Part shown: in pieces, positions 47,475-57,302 of the stretch
Layout of the letters: every line of letters starts with the position of its first letter
Position numbering within the stretch: position 1 is the stretch's first letter
Assembly: GCA_964574145.1 (NCBI GenBank)
Contig: CAZNKJ010000003.1
Coordinates: 4,787-68,786 of the forward strand
Length of the DNA: 64,000 nt
Direction of reading: 5' to 3'
Source of the DNA: an uncultured Candidatus Saccharibacteria bacterium
GTDB lineage: Bacteria > Patescibacteriota > Minisyncoccia > Phycocordibacterales > CAZNKJ01
Program-made: the position numbers and the translations under genes
The notes under the pieces: model-generated
Told to the model about the DNA's origin: nothing
Database searches by the model: none
The model's input: the letters and a program-made list of their open reading frames with translations, nothing else

Positions 47475-50400
47475 ATGTTTACACGTATCTACCAACATGC
47501 AGACGACGGAAGTGAAATCTGCTTCTATGTCGATTCGCAGGGGAAGCTCTCCAGTAGAGAGCTTCAACAACTTCAATGGCTTATTGCAGAAACATACCAA
47601 TTGGGTAACACTCGAATGGAATCTGCTCTGATGCCTGGTAGCTTTGTCGAAATTGGTCCTCGACTTAGTGTCGAAACACCATTTTCTTCAAACGCTGTTG
47701 CCATCTCCCACGCAATGGGTATTACCAAAGTTCAGCGAATCGAACACTCGGTTCGTTATGTCCTCACTGACTCGCAAAATAAAAGTGAGGTCTTGGCAAA
47801 TTATTTGGATCCGATGACACAGGTCGTCTACCCAAACGAACTGATTGACTTTGGACCGACCGTGAAGCCAGAGCCTGTAAAGATCATTCCGATTTTACGG
47901 CAAGGTGAAGAGGTGCTCCACGCACTCAACATCTCGCTTGGACTCGGAATGGACTCGTTCGACATTACGTACTACACAAGACTGTTCCAGAAACTTGGAA
48001 GAGATCCGACCGATGTCGAACTCTTCCAGATCGGTAATGCCAATAGTGAACACAGCAGGCACTGGTTCTTCCGTGGGAAGCTTGTCATTGATGGCACACT
48101 GATGCCTGAGACATTGTTTGATATTGTCCGCGGCCCGCTTTTGGCTAAGAACGGCTCAAACAGTATAATTGCATTCCATGACAATGCTGGGGCTATTTTC
48201 GGTTTTGACGTCTCAACGTTTGAACCGATGAACCCTGGTACGCCGTGCATGTTTACAACGCGCCAGCGTACTTGGCACATCACTGCCACAGCTGAAACTC
48301 ACAATCATCCTACTCTGATCGCCCCTTTTCCTGGTGCCGAAACTGGCTCAGGCGGAAGGATCCGTGATACAGGTGCGGCTGGACGTGGGTCGCTACCAGT
48401 TGCTGGTCTTGCTGGCTATAACGTTGGCAACTTGTTCCTTCCAGATTATCAAATCCCTGGCGAAATTGTCGGTGGTGAAGAGATTCGGGGTCAAGCGACA
48501 CCGCTCACAATTCTCATTGAAGGTAGTGACGGTGTTTCCGATTATGGCAACAAATTTGGTGAACCGCTTATCGGTGGGTTTACCAGGACGTTTGGACAAG
48601 TGGTTAGCGGTGAACGGCTGGAGTTTCGTAAGCCAGTCCTTTACACTGCCGGTCAAGGTCAAATTGCTGCTGAGCATGCGAAGAAACATGAACCTAAAAT
48701 GAGTATGTGCGTAATCGCAATCGGTGGTCCAGCGTATCGAATTGGTGTTGGAGGTGGAGCTGCTTCCAGTATGTTTCAAGGCGAGAATGAAGCTGGTCTG
48801 GACTTCAATTCCGTTCAACGCGGCAACGCGCAGATGGAAAACAAAGCCAACCGTGTTATTCGAGCCTGTATCGAAATGGGATCGAGGAATCCCATCGAGA
48901 GCATACACGATCAAGGTGCTGGTGGCCCAAGCAATGTCCTTACGGAACTTGTGGAAGCTACTGGCGGTAAGATCAAAATTCGCCAAATCGTACTCGGGGA
49001 CAAAACGATGTCTGTTCTGGAAATCTGGAGTGCTGAGTATCAAGAACGTTACGGGCTTCTTGTGAAGCGTGACAATCTTGCTTGCTTTCAGGCAATCTGT
49101 GAGCGTGAGGGCTCGAACTGTGAAGTTGTCGGGGAAGTAACTAATGACGGCCATATTACCGTTATTGACTCTGATGATAACACCACTCCGGTTCATCTCG
49201 ACCTACATAGTATACTTACGGGACTTACGCAGAAGACTTTCGAGTCGGAGCGGATTGAACGTGAGTTTGCACCTCTTGAACTTCCTTCTGACCTCACGGT
49301 TGGTGAAGCGCTTGAGAGAGTATTTTGTCTACCACAAGTTGGTTCGAAGGGGTTTCTTGTGCACAAGGTTGATCGAAGTGTCACGGGGCGGGTTGTGCAG
49401 CAGCAATGCTGTGGACCTGCTCAAATACCAGTTGCCAATGTGTCGGTAACGGCTAGTGGCTTTTTTGGTACCACCGGTGCTGCAACGGCGCTTGGTGAAC
49501 AACCGATCAAGATGTTGCTCGACCCTGGTGCTGGTGCTCGAATGGCCGTGGGCGAAATGCTCACAAATATGGTGAGTGCATGTATCAGTGACCTTAGCGA
49601 TGTCGTTTGTCGGGCCAACTGGATGTGGCCGGCGAAACTACCAGGAGAAATGCCACGTCTCTACGACGCAGCAACTGCTATGCGTGACATCATGCTCGCA
49701 CTTGGGATCTCAATTGACGGTGGCAAGGACAGTTTGTCCATGGCTGCCACAATCAATGGGTTCCGTGTGAAGTCACCTGGTCAATTGGTGATTATGGGCT
49801 ATGCGCCGGTGCCAAATATTGCATTTGTGCGTACTCCTGACATCAAGCGACCAGGAAACAGCGATCTTGGCTTTATTGACTTGGGTAACGGCAAAAACCG
49901 CCTCGGTGGTTCGAGTCTCGCTCAGGCCTTTGGCCAAACTGGAGATATCTCTCCAGATGCTGATGACCCAGTGTTCTTGGCATGTGTTTTCAGAGCTGTA
50001 CAGGAAGCGATCAGCAATAGTCTCATTCTGTCACTTCACGATCGAAGCGATGGCGGGCTCATCACGACCTTGGTTGAGATGTGTTTGTCAGGACTTTCCG
50101 GCGCGGAAATCAATCTCGCCAGCGACGCTGACGTTCTTGCCGAGTTGTTTTCGGAGGAACTTGGATTGATGTTTGAGTATGCACCGGAGCAGGAAACTGG
50201 TCTTCAGGCAATATTCGATTCTTACGGCATATCTTTTGTGAGGATCGGACGAACCATGCAGACACAAACCGTTGTAGTAAAACAAGACGGTCAAGATAAT
50301 TCGGTTTTTCTTTCGTCTCTTGATGATCTTCGGGTTAAGTGGGAGGCAACAAGCTCTCGTCTCGAAGAGATTCAAACCACTGTCTCGGATGTGGAGTCGG

Positions 50401-51287
50401 AAAGACGTTGTTACGTTGGATCAAAACGACCGGCGTACCAGCTGACGTTTGACCCTACCCCCGCAATGGAAAGTGAGGGCATACATCCTGCCATAGCTAT
50501 TCTTCGAGAGGAGGGTACAAACGGTGATCGAGAAATGTCCGCCGCTTGCTTTGCGGCTGGTCTTGACCCGTTTGACGTGACTATGAGCGATTTGCAAACT
50601 GGAAGAACTACTCTGGATCAATTCCAAGGTCTGGTGTTTCCAGGAGGCTTTTCATTCATGGATGTCTTCGGCAGTGGCAAGGGATGGGCTGGAGTGATTC
50701 AGTTCAACGAGGTTCTTAAGCTTCAGTTCGATTCGTTCTATAATCGACCTAACACCTTCTCCCTTGGCGTATGTAACGGATGCCAGCTCATGGCGCTCTT
50801 AGGATGGGTGCCGGGAGGTGACGTCAGTGAAGCGTCACAACCGCGCTTCGTTCACAACCACTCTGGTCGCTTTGAGTCCCGCTTTGCGCAGGTGAAAATC
50901 TTACCAAGTCCAGCGGTACTTCTTCGCGGCATGGAGGGCTCAACTCTTGGTGTTTGGATTGCGCACGGTGAAGGGAGACTGATTTTCCCAGACACGAGCG
51001 TGAATGATATGGTACGTGAAAAAAACCTCGCACCACTTGCATACACAGATCCGTCTGGTTCACCGACTGAGGTGTATCCGTACAATCCCAATGGTTCGCC
51101 AGACGGGTTCACGGCGCTTTGCTCGGAAGACGGAAGACATCTGGCAATGATGCCTCATCCGGAACGCTGCTTCCAGAAGTGGCAGTGGCCTTGGATGCCT
51201 GAAGAATGGAAAGACACACTCGCCGCATCTCCGTGGCTCCGCATGTTCCAAAACGCCCGTTTGTGGTGTGAGGAACAAAAGAGTTGA
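47475..51287 (+). CDS. purL: Phosphoribosylformylglycinamidine synthase, large single-chain type
   Basis: NSEHSRH, ETHNHPT, HDQGAGG, GGKDSLSM, HDRSDGG, GVCNGCQ, MMPHPER. Confidence 0.98.
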   Translation: MFTRIYQHADDGSEICFYVDSQGKLSSRELQQLQWLIAETYQLGNTRMESALMPGSFVEIGPRLSVETPFSSNAVAISHAMGITKVQRIEHSVRYVLTDSQNKSEVLANYLDPMTQVVYPNELIDFGPTVKPEPVKIIPILRQGEEVLHALNISLGLGMDSFDITYYTRLFQKLGRDPTDVELFQIGNANSEHSRHWFFRGKLVIDGTLMPETLFDIVRGPLLAKNGSNSIIAFHDNAGAIFGFDVSTFEPMNPGTPCMFTTRQRTWHITATAETHNHPTLIAPFPGAETGSGGRIRDTGAAGRGSLPVAGLAGYNVGNLFLPDYQIPGEIVGGEEIRGQATPLTILIEGSDGVSDYGNKFGEPLIGGFTRTFGQVVSGERLEFRKPVLYTAGQGQIAAEHAKKHEPKMSMCVIAIGGPAYRIGVGGGAASSMFQGENEAGLDFNSVQRGNAQMENKANRVIRACIEMGSRNPIESIHDQGAGGPSNVLTELVEATGGKIKIRQIVLGDKTMSVLEIWSAEYQERYGLLVKRDNLACFQAICEREGSNCEVVGEVTNDGHITVIDSDDNTTPVHLDLHSILTGLTQKTFESERIEREFAPLELPSDLTVGEALERVFCLPQVGSKGFLVHKVDRSVTGRVVQQQCCGPAQIPVANVSVTASGFFGTTGAATALGEQPIKMLLDPGAGARMAVGEMLTNMVSACISDLSDVVCRANWMWPAKLPGEMPRLYDAATAMRDIMLALGISIDGGKDSLSMAATINGFRVKSPGQLVIMGYAPVPNIAFVRTPDIKRPGNSDLGFIDLGNGKNRLGGSSLAQAFGQTGDISPDADDPVFLACVFRAVQEAISNSLILSLHDRSDGGLITTLVEMCLSGLSGAEINLASDADVLAELFSEELGLMFEYAPEQETGLQAIFDSYGISFVRIGRTMQTQTVVVKQDGQDNSVFLSSLDDLRVKWEATSSRLEEIQTTVSDVESERRCYVGSKRPAYQLTFDPTPAMESEGIHPAIAILREEGTNGDREMSAACFAAGLDPFDVTMSDLQTGRTTLDQFQGLVFPGGFSFMDVFGSGKGWAGVIQFNEVLKLQFDSFYNRPNTFSLGVCNGCQLMALLGWVPGGDVSEASQPRFVHNHSGRFESRFAQVKILPSPAVLLRGMEGSTLGVWIAHGEGRLIFPDTSVNDMVREKNLAPLAYTDPSGSPTEVYPYNPNGSPDGFTALCSEDGRHLAMMPHPERCFQKWQWPWMPEEWKDTLAASPWLRMFQNARLWCEEQKS

Positions 51288-51316
51288 GGGAAACGTAGTG
51301 AGTTAGACCTTTGATG

Positions 51317-51351
51317 ACCCCTGGTGTTCGCGCACCGGGGGTTCTTTTTTT
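51317..51351 (+). terminator. Rho-independent terminator after purL
   Basis: acccctggtg-ttcgcg-caccgggggt stem (one G-T pair) plus T-run. Confidence 0.8.
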
Positions 51352-51437
51352 ATCTAGTTGCTTTTAAGCTCTAAAAAATGCATAGTCTAAACAGAATCAA
51401 ATGATCTTTTTAACCTTTTAACATATGAGGTGTTCTC

Positions 51438-52622
51438 ATGGACTATCATAAAGAAATTGTTGCGCCGGGTGATCGGTTTTCTGAGCTTGCACGTAAGATA
51501 TGTGTTGCAAGTTTTAACAACTCACCAGCTGTCACAATACAGCGCGGCGGGGCGGGAATGCGAGCTATGGATGGCTTTGAGTGGAATGAAGCTACACTTC
51601 GAGCAATGTTAAGACGAGAAGTGTACGAAGTAGCTCAAAGTGATGGTGCTGGTGGAAAACCACAGTTTTTCACGCTCTACAACACACCAGAAGCGTTCCG
51701 GGGTCTTGGCTGGGAAGTTATTACCATGAATGCTGACGATGTTGCTTGTCGCGGTGGCCTTCCGACAATGGTACTTTCGAGTAACATTGATGTGAAGGAA
51801 ATCACGGATGAAAACTGGTATCTTTGCGAAGCATTGCTTACTGGGTTCGGTGAAGCGTTGAAGAAATCCAACCTTGTTCTGATGACTGGAGAGACGGCTG
51901 TCATGCCGCATTGCATTACAGCGTTCTGTGATATTGGTTCTAAAGACCAGTTGATATTGACCTGGAACGCAACTTGTCTCGGACTGGCTTCTGCAAGCAA
52001 GCAGCCTAACGGGACAACAATTAAACCTGGCATGACCATCATCGGGTTCAAGGATCAAGGGTATCGTTGTAACGGTGGCACAAAAATCACCAACATCATT
52101 CTTGATACCTGGGGTCCAGACGTTAAAAGTGTCCTGAGCAACAGCAACGCCTTGGCTTTTATTGAAAAGGTGGTGGTGCCTTCACGAAGTTATGCAGGTA
52201 CAATCTCACGGCTGAACGGCTGGAAACTCGATGGCAGTTTAGGTACACCGCCAGTCACACTCCACGGTGTCGCTCACATTACTGGCGGTGGCATCTGGAG
52301 CAAGTTGGCAGAAATCTTACCCGCAGGCGTCGGTGCTAATCTCAATTCTATGCCTGAATCTACAGCAGTCCTGCTTGAAGCACAACAGCTTGCAAGCAAG
52401 ACTAACAGCCCCATGACAGACCACGAATGCCATGGAACTTTCCACGGAGGTTGTGGTCTCATGATCATTTGCGACAAAACAGATGCTGATCGAGTATGCA
52501 ACGAAGCTCGTACGGACGAACATGATCCATATGTCATTGGTAAAACGACAGCATCACCTGAAGGTGAAGTGACAATCCTGTCGAGATTCCGCGAAGGAAA
52601 AAAATTATCCTCACAACAATAG
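51438..52622 (+). CDS. purM: Divergent AIR synthase (phosphoribosylformylglycinamidine cyclo-ligase)
   Basis: SDGAGGK, MNADDVACRGG, GETAVMP, AHITGGG; adjacent to purL. Confidence 0.8.
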   Translation: MDYHKEIVAPGDRFSELARKICVASFNNSPAVTIQRGGAGMRAMDGFEWNEATLRAMLRREVYEVAQSDGAGGKPQFFTLYNTPEAFRGLGWEVITMNADDVACRGGLPTMVLSSNIDVKEITDENWYLCEALLTGFGEALKKSNLVLMTGETAVMPHCITAFCDIGSKDQLILTWNATCLGLASASKQPNGTTIKPGMTIIGFKDQGYRCNGGTKITNIILDTWGPDVKSVLSNSNALAFIEKVVVPSRSYAGTISRLNGWKLDGSLGTPPVTLHGVAHITGGGIWSKLAEILPAGVGANLNSMPESTAVLLEAQQLASKTNSPMTDHECHGTFHGGCGLMIICDKTDADRVCNEARTDEHDPYVIGKTTASPEGEVTILSRFREGKKLSSQQ

Positions 52623-52631
52623 ACTTTTATC

Positions 52632-52660
52632 ACCCTCGGCGTTCTGCGTCGAGGGTTTTT
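52632..52660 (+). terminator. Rho-independent terminator after purM
   Basis: accctcggcg / cgtcgagggt stem plus T-run; resembles the purL terminator. Confidence 0.75.
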
Positions 52661-53055
52661 CTTACAGTATTTTTATATAAAAAAAGAATATTTTAGAAAG
52701 CGGAAGATTGGGAATAGTCAAGTATGTGACTGTGAGAGAAGGGTACTAAAAAACAGAAGGAAATACTTACTGTATGTCCGATAAAGAAATCAGTAGATTA
52801 TCTTACGTGATTAAATAAAACACAAAAGAAAGCAAAGGAAGTTGTAATACAAAAATTAAAGATGGCTGACCTCATTTATTATCCTGTTTCCGCTTGATGG
52901 GGGATGTTAGAACCTCTGTAGTGTTAAGCCTTGTGTAAAAAAGAAAGCAGCCTATCTTACGAAAAGCGGCTTTGTTGTACAGAGGCTGTCTTATATTATG
53001 TAGCTCTAATCTGTGAACTTTCATTAGTAATATCGGCGAATTTGTTCAAGAACTT

Positions 53056-53271
53056 TTGTTAATGGGAAAAAATGAAAATTTTCTAGAAGCAGTAGTTATT
53101 GTGACTCACGGTTTCGCTCTAAGGGTGATTGCGAAATTCTTACTTAACATGTCAAACGATGAGTTTCGATGGGTTAGAAACCCAATGAATTGCCATGTCG
53201 CAGACTTCTCAGTCGATGAGTCTGGCAATATTAGTATCACAGAATCCCTTCCACTAAGGGAATCAACATAA
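53056..53271 (+). pseudogene. C-terminal fragment of a histidine-phosphatase family protein
   Basis: VVIVTHGFALR...NC motif without the N-terminal RHG motif. Confidence 0.55.
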
Positions 53272-53330
53272 AATCCGCAGACTTAGTTTTGGTCTGTGGA
53301 TTTCTTTTTAGTAAGTTATAATTCTTTCAT

Positions 53331-53861
53331 ATGCAAGATATATTAAGAGATAGTGATGTTTTTAAAAACCCAGAACATGAGACTCCAAAGGAGTGGGAAA
53401 ATAGGCAGACAGTTAAGATAATTATCCAAAATGATAAAAGTGAAATTGCTTTAATTACAAATCCTGTGCATAAGCTATTTTTATTACCAGGCGGAGGAGC
53501 TGAAAGTGATAACCTGGAAGATGAAGCGATAAGAGAATCTTTAGAAGAAACCAACTATCATGTAGAGATTATTGATGAGATAGGTAAAGTGGACGAGCTT
53601 AGAAACAGAAATGCTAAACACTATTCCACTACCTGTTTTTCAGCAAAAGTAATTAAAGAGGGTAGTAAAGACCTTCGAACAGAAGAAGAAAAAGAAAATG
53701 ACCTAGAGGTGAAATGGTTTCGATTAAATGATGCTTTGAAAATTATGAGCGGACAGGTTGAAAGAGTAGAAAAAGGAGAAATTAATTTTTATAACACAGC
53801 TTTTAATGTTGTTAGAGATTATAACTTTTTAAGTAAATTTGATTTTGAAAAAACGAATTGA
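53331..53861 (+). CDS. NUDIX hydrolase
   Basis: LPGGGAESDNLEDEAIRESLEETN NUDIX box. Confidence 0.9.
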   Translation: MQDILRDSDVFKNPEHETPKEWENRQTVKIIIQNDKSEIALITNPVHKLFLLPGGGAESDNLEDEAIRESLEETNYHVEIIDEIGKVDELRNRNAKHYSTTCFSAKVIKEGSKDLRTEEEKENDLEVKWFRLNDALKIMSGQVERVEKGEINFYNTAFNVVRDYNFLSKFDFEKTN

Positions 53862-53895
53862 ATTGAAATAGAATACTTCACCTTTCTTTACATTA

Positions 53896-53974
53896 GCTCC
53901 GCACACTAAACAGGTTCAGAGCTTTAGATTGGATATGTATAAAAAGTGAAGTAGGGAAGTTTGATTTTGTATAA
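53896..53974 (+). repeat. Cassette-boundary site 3
   Basis: GCTCC plus 25-codon tail LRTLNRFRALDWICIKSEVGKFDFV-stop. Confidence 0.9.
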
Positions 53975-54049
53975 AAAAACCACTGTGCCGAGGAGCTGGA
54001 TTGCTCCTCGGGGGAGGATGTTGTGAGATGTGTCATTACTGAACGGTTT

Positions 54050-54142
54050 TTTGATTCGAGGGCCATTACATTCTTCCCACCAGTCGCAATGTAGCCCTGC
54101 TTCTATAAGATTTTGGAGACTACATACATCAAAGGCAAGCAA
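54050..54142 (-). pseudogene. Remnant paralog of the 56176-56439 gene
   Basis: QNLIEAGLHCDWWEECNGPR versus QNLIEVGRHCDWWKECNDPR. Confidence 0.7.
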
Positions 54143-54199
54143 TAGAAGGCTTTTTGTGTTAATGGGGCGTTTATTTTTATTGATTACTAGCTATTTTAA

Positions 54200-54808
54200 T
54201 TAAATATTTTTTATAATATTTTCAATATTCGGATACTCTTTTTTAAAAGCTTTATCTACAATGTTCGTATCTACAGGAATCTTTTGCATAGTATTAATTT
54301 CCGGATCTATTTTTTCGAGAATCAAATCAACTAATCTTTCTTTACTCCAGTGGTCTATATTATATTTTTGAATCAACTCTTCTATAGAAAGATGAATAAT
54401 CTCATGAACAATCGTTCGGACAAGCTTCATTTCACTGCAAGCCTGAATGTTAGCAATTATTTTGTTTGGAGGATTGTAACTTCCGCCTACCCCATACCGA
54501 GTTAGATTTATCTCATACGAACTTTGGGGATCTGGAGAAGTTGTTGTAAAATAATTTACTAAAACCTCTTTGATCTTCGGTAGTGTTTTTAAAATATACT
54601 CTTCTTCTTTTTTATAATTTTTTTCATCATACTCCTCAGTTATTACCTGCTTTATACTTTCAGGACTTAATTTAGTATCTTCCAGCAACAGAGCTTCTGG
54701 CAGCCTAACTTTGTACCCTTTTTCTTTAAACCAGTCTATCTTATTAATAGTATATTGAACTCGCGAGATTTCACCCTCTAGAGAATACTTTATATCTAAA
54801 TCTATCAT
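54200..54808 (-). CDS. Hypothetical protein with HExxH motif
   Basis: YGVGGSYNPPN...IVHEIIHL zincin-like motif. Confidence 0.75.
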   Translation of the reverse strand: MIDLDIKYSLEGEISRVQYTINKIDWFKEKGYKVRLPEALLLEDTKLSPESIKQVITEEYDEKNYKKEEEYILKTLPKIKEVLVNYFTTTSPDPQSSYEINLTRYGVGGSYNPPNKIIANIQACSEMKLVRTIVHEIIHLSIEELIQKYNIDHWSKERLVDLILEKIDPEINTMQKIPVDTNIVDKAFKKEYPNIENIIKNI

Positions 54809-55075
54809 ATTTAATATACTACTAGACCGCTAAACTTAATGAAAGAAAAAACTGCCGCGATTAACATTGCGGTAGCCTAGAGTTAAGTACATAACTTCCC
54901 GTAGAGATATCAGGCGTCTTGGTCAGAACCGTCGCACCCGTCGCTACAATTCCTGAAATCCCTGCTGTGAATACGCCAACTCCAAAAATATCATCTATTG
55001 AGGGTAATGGGGACAAACACCATTAACATTAATGTCATTAACAATTGTACTTATCCCCATTAATTAAATAAAATG

Positions 55076-55166
55076 TGTCAATGCATAGCTCCCACTGCTG
55101 GACAAGTTCAGAACTCTGGATTGGATATCAATACGAAATGAGATAGGGGAATATGCGTTTGTATAA
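55076..55166 (+). repeat. Cassette-boundary site 4
   Basis: tgtcaa-6nt-GCTCC plus tail LPLLDKFRTLDWISIRNEIGEYAFV-stop. Confidence 0.9.
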
Positions 55167-55227
55167 AAAGAAAACCGCCCGACCAAGAGAGCCAGGCGGC
55201 TTCTATGGTAGGGCGGTTGGTTCGCGA

Positions 55228-55974
55228 TTAGGCGCGAACATTTTCCGTGACTTCCTTTACTGCGGTACAGATGTCCGCAATCGAGGTAGGAACAGGCCGC
55301 TCTTCGCTGTTGACCGTAAAATCGGTCCGCTTCTGGCGAAGATTTGCAGCATAGCGAATTGACTGATCTCCAACTTTAACGGTGATGTGGATCTGGTTGC
55401 GTGAAGAAGACATCCATTTGAACACTTTCAGGCCATCTTCTTCAAGCTTGCGTACCTCATCTTCTGGAAGGATCTGGTCCAAGACCTCTCGGTTAAAGTC
55501 CATTCGATTTCCATAGGGGATATGAAATACAGTGCGTAGCGGATCATCTTCGGCGATCGGCGAGTATTTGCCGTTGTGAGGACATAATTTCAGATTACAT
55601 CCACGACAGACAACGCTCTTCACCTTTGTAAGATGCGGTTCCTCAAGAAGAGCCGCACCAAGTGTCCACTCTGATGTGGTCATTCCAGCTTCCCTCAATC
55701 TCGGCACAAGAACCATCGCCATCATCAACTGCATTTCTTCATTGATCATGCATCCCTTAGGGTAGCAGACCGTTTCTAAAATGTTGATTGTTTCAGACGA
55801 CTTTGCTGACACGACCTTGTCAGGATGAGCGGCTTCGTACTCTGCAACCTCCTCCTTCATAATATCGAGCCGCATCTGGTGGACTGGGTCGAGGGGTTTG
55901 GACATCGCTTCGATTTCGGCGATGTCTTGCAGGTGATAGCCATACCGGCCATCGCTAATTGTTTCTTCTGTCAT
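55228..55974 (-). CDS. Hypothetical protein with CxxCxxxxCxH cluster
   Basis: CRGCNLKLCPH; GAGG SD before MTEETI; TTGACA-17-TATTCT promoter. Confidence 0.75.
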   Translation of the reverse strand: MTEETISDGRYGYHLQDIAEIEAMSKPLDPVHQMRLDIMKEEVAEYEAAHPDKVVSAKSSETINILETVCYPKGCMINEEMQLMMAMVLVPRLREAGMTTSEWTLGAALLEEPHLTKVKSVVCRGCNLKLCPHNGKYSPIAEDDPLRTVFHIPYGNRMDFNREVLDQILPEDEVRKLEEDGLKVFKWMSSSRNQIHITVKVGDQSIRYAANLRQKRTDFTVNSEERPVPTSIADICTAVKEVTENVRA

Positions 55975-56041
55975 GGCGATATTACCTCGCTTATTTGGGT
56001 TGGATTTTTTCTTATACAAGAATAGCATATCTATACAGATG

Positions 56042-56132
56042 TGTCAATAGCTAGCTCCGCATACTGGACGCGTTCAGAACTCTAGATTGGATTACAATAC
56101 GAATTGAAATAAGGGAGTTTACTTTTGTATGA
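56042..56132 (+). repeat. Cassette-boundary site 5
   Basis: tgtcaa-6nt-GCTCC plus tail LRILDAFRTLDWITIRIEIREFTFV-stop. Confidence 0.9.
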
Positions 56133-56175
56133 AAAAAGAAAAACCACTCAAACGGAGTGGAGTTCCATTGAGTGG

Positions 56176-56439
56176 TTATCGAGGGTCATTACATTCCTTC
56201 CACCAGTCGCAATGTCGCCCTACTTCTATAAGATTTTGGTCATAGGTGCTCGAGTAGTCTTTATTACTCGACTTCCACACATCAGACTGAACCATAAAGA
56301 AGTGGTTAGCTAGGTACTCGTTGGCTGGGAAGGCTCTAAGCATTTCAGAAAGAATTCCTTCAAAAATGAGAGTATGATCTTCCTCATAATGTAGGTCTTC
56401 CAAATGCCAAATTTGATACTTCTTTTCTTTAGAACACAT
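56176..56439 (-). CDS. Hypothetical small protein
   Basis: AAGGAG SD, TTGACA-17-TATTGT promoter at 56655, downstream hairpin, partial paralog at 54050-54142. Confidence 0.7.
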   Translation of the reverse strand: MCSKEKKYQIWHLEDLHYEEDHTLIFEGILSEMLRAFPANEYLANHFFMVQSDVWKSSNKDYSSTYDQNLIEVGRHCDWWKECNDPR

Positions 56440-56649
56440 TTTTAAACTCCTTTATTAAGACAGGATTGTCAGAATAATGGAGTATACCCGCTTCGGTCTT
56501 TGTATTGGCTTGGAATCCAAACAAAGATGGACTAAGGGTTTACCGTACGTTCCTCCAAACCTTGATGCCCTAAGGGGAAGGGAGGGTTCTCTCGTTAGAG
56601 ATGTTTCGGGTTACCTAACTGCATTAACAATAACATACCTAATTAGATA

Positions 56650-56707
56650 TGTCAATACCTAGCTCCGTCTAGTAGACGATGTTCGAATCTGTGTTTTGAG
56701 TGGATAA
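56650..56707 (+). repeat. Cassette-boundary site 6
   Basis: tgtcaa-6nt-GCTCC plus tail LRLVDDVRICVLSG-stop. Confidence 0.75.
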
Positions 56708-56752
56708 AGATAGAGACCCTTTGATACTATCTCGGGGCCTCTTTTAGATTCT

Positions 56753-57211
56753 TTAGGATTCTGGAAATACGAACACGTTTAATCGGTGGGTGTGGACACC
56801 ACTCCCAATTCCAAGGAAGGTTAGCTCGACGATTGCATCCACATGTTTTGTGCGATATGCATCTATCGATTCCTGAATCGTGCCCATAGACATATTGTGG
56901 TCCTGAGTGAACCGTTCTTCTCCTTCGTTATGAAATACAATTCGGAAGGTCTGGATGATCGTAGCCTTGATAGGGGAAGTAAGAAGCTTTCTTCCGAGAT
57001 ACTGCGTATCTTGACCCGTCTGTCTTTGGAGGTTGCACTCAGTGTAAGGCATCACTCCAAGGTGACTGACATCTTTCCCAAAAACAAGCTCAATTGCTCG
57101 ATCGGGGCTTATCTTGCCTTGGCCGATATATTGCCAGTCCAGCAAGCTTCTTGCGACCCTTGGAAACCAAGGGTGTTGAGAAACAAATCTTCTATACTTT
57201 GGAAGTCTCAT
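56753..57211 (-). CDS. Hypothetical protein
   Basis: AAGGAG SD before the ATG; same orientation and layout as neighbouring cassette genes. Confidence 0.65.
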   Translation of the reverse strand: MRLPKYRRFVSQHPWFPRVARSLLDWQYIGQGKISPDRAIELVFGKDVSHLGVMPYTECNLQRQTGQDTQYLGRKLLTSPIKATIIQTFRIVFHNEGEERFTQDHNMSMGTIQESIDAYRTKHVDAIVELTFLGIGSGVHTHRLNVFVFPES

Positions 57212-57302
57212 TCCAAACTCCTTTGCCTCTTAGGCAATCAAGTTTCAATTTGGATACAAGGACGTACCTTTATCCTTAGTGACTATACCACTTTAGTCAG
57301 AA

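Noticed and set aside
48393-49196. 267-aa antisense ORF and other ORFs nested in purL/purM, rpoBC and dnaE
   Set aside because: Antisense or alternate-frame shadows of well-conserved genes, with no motifs.
52998-53025. Additional cassette-boundary site (tagctctaatc...)
   Set aside because: Core is GCTCT, with no conserved tail or upstream TGTCAA; too weak.
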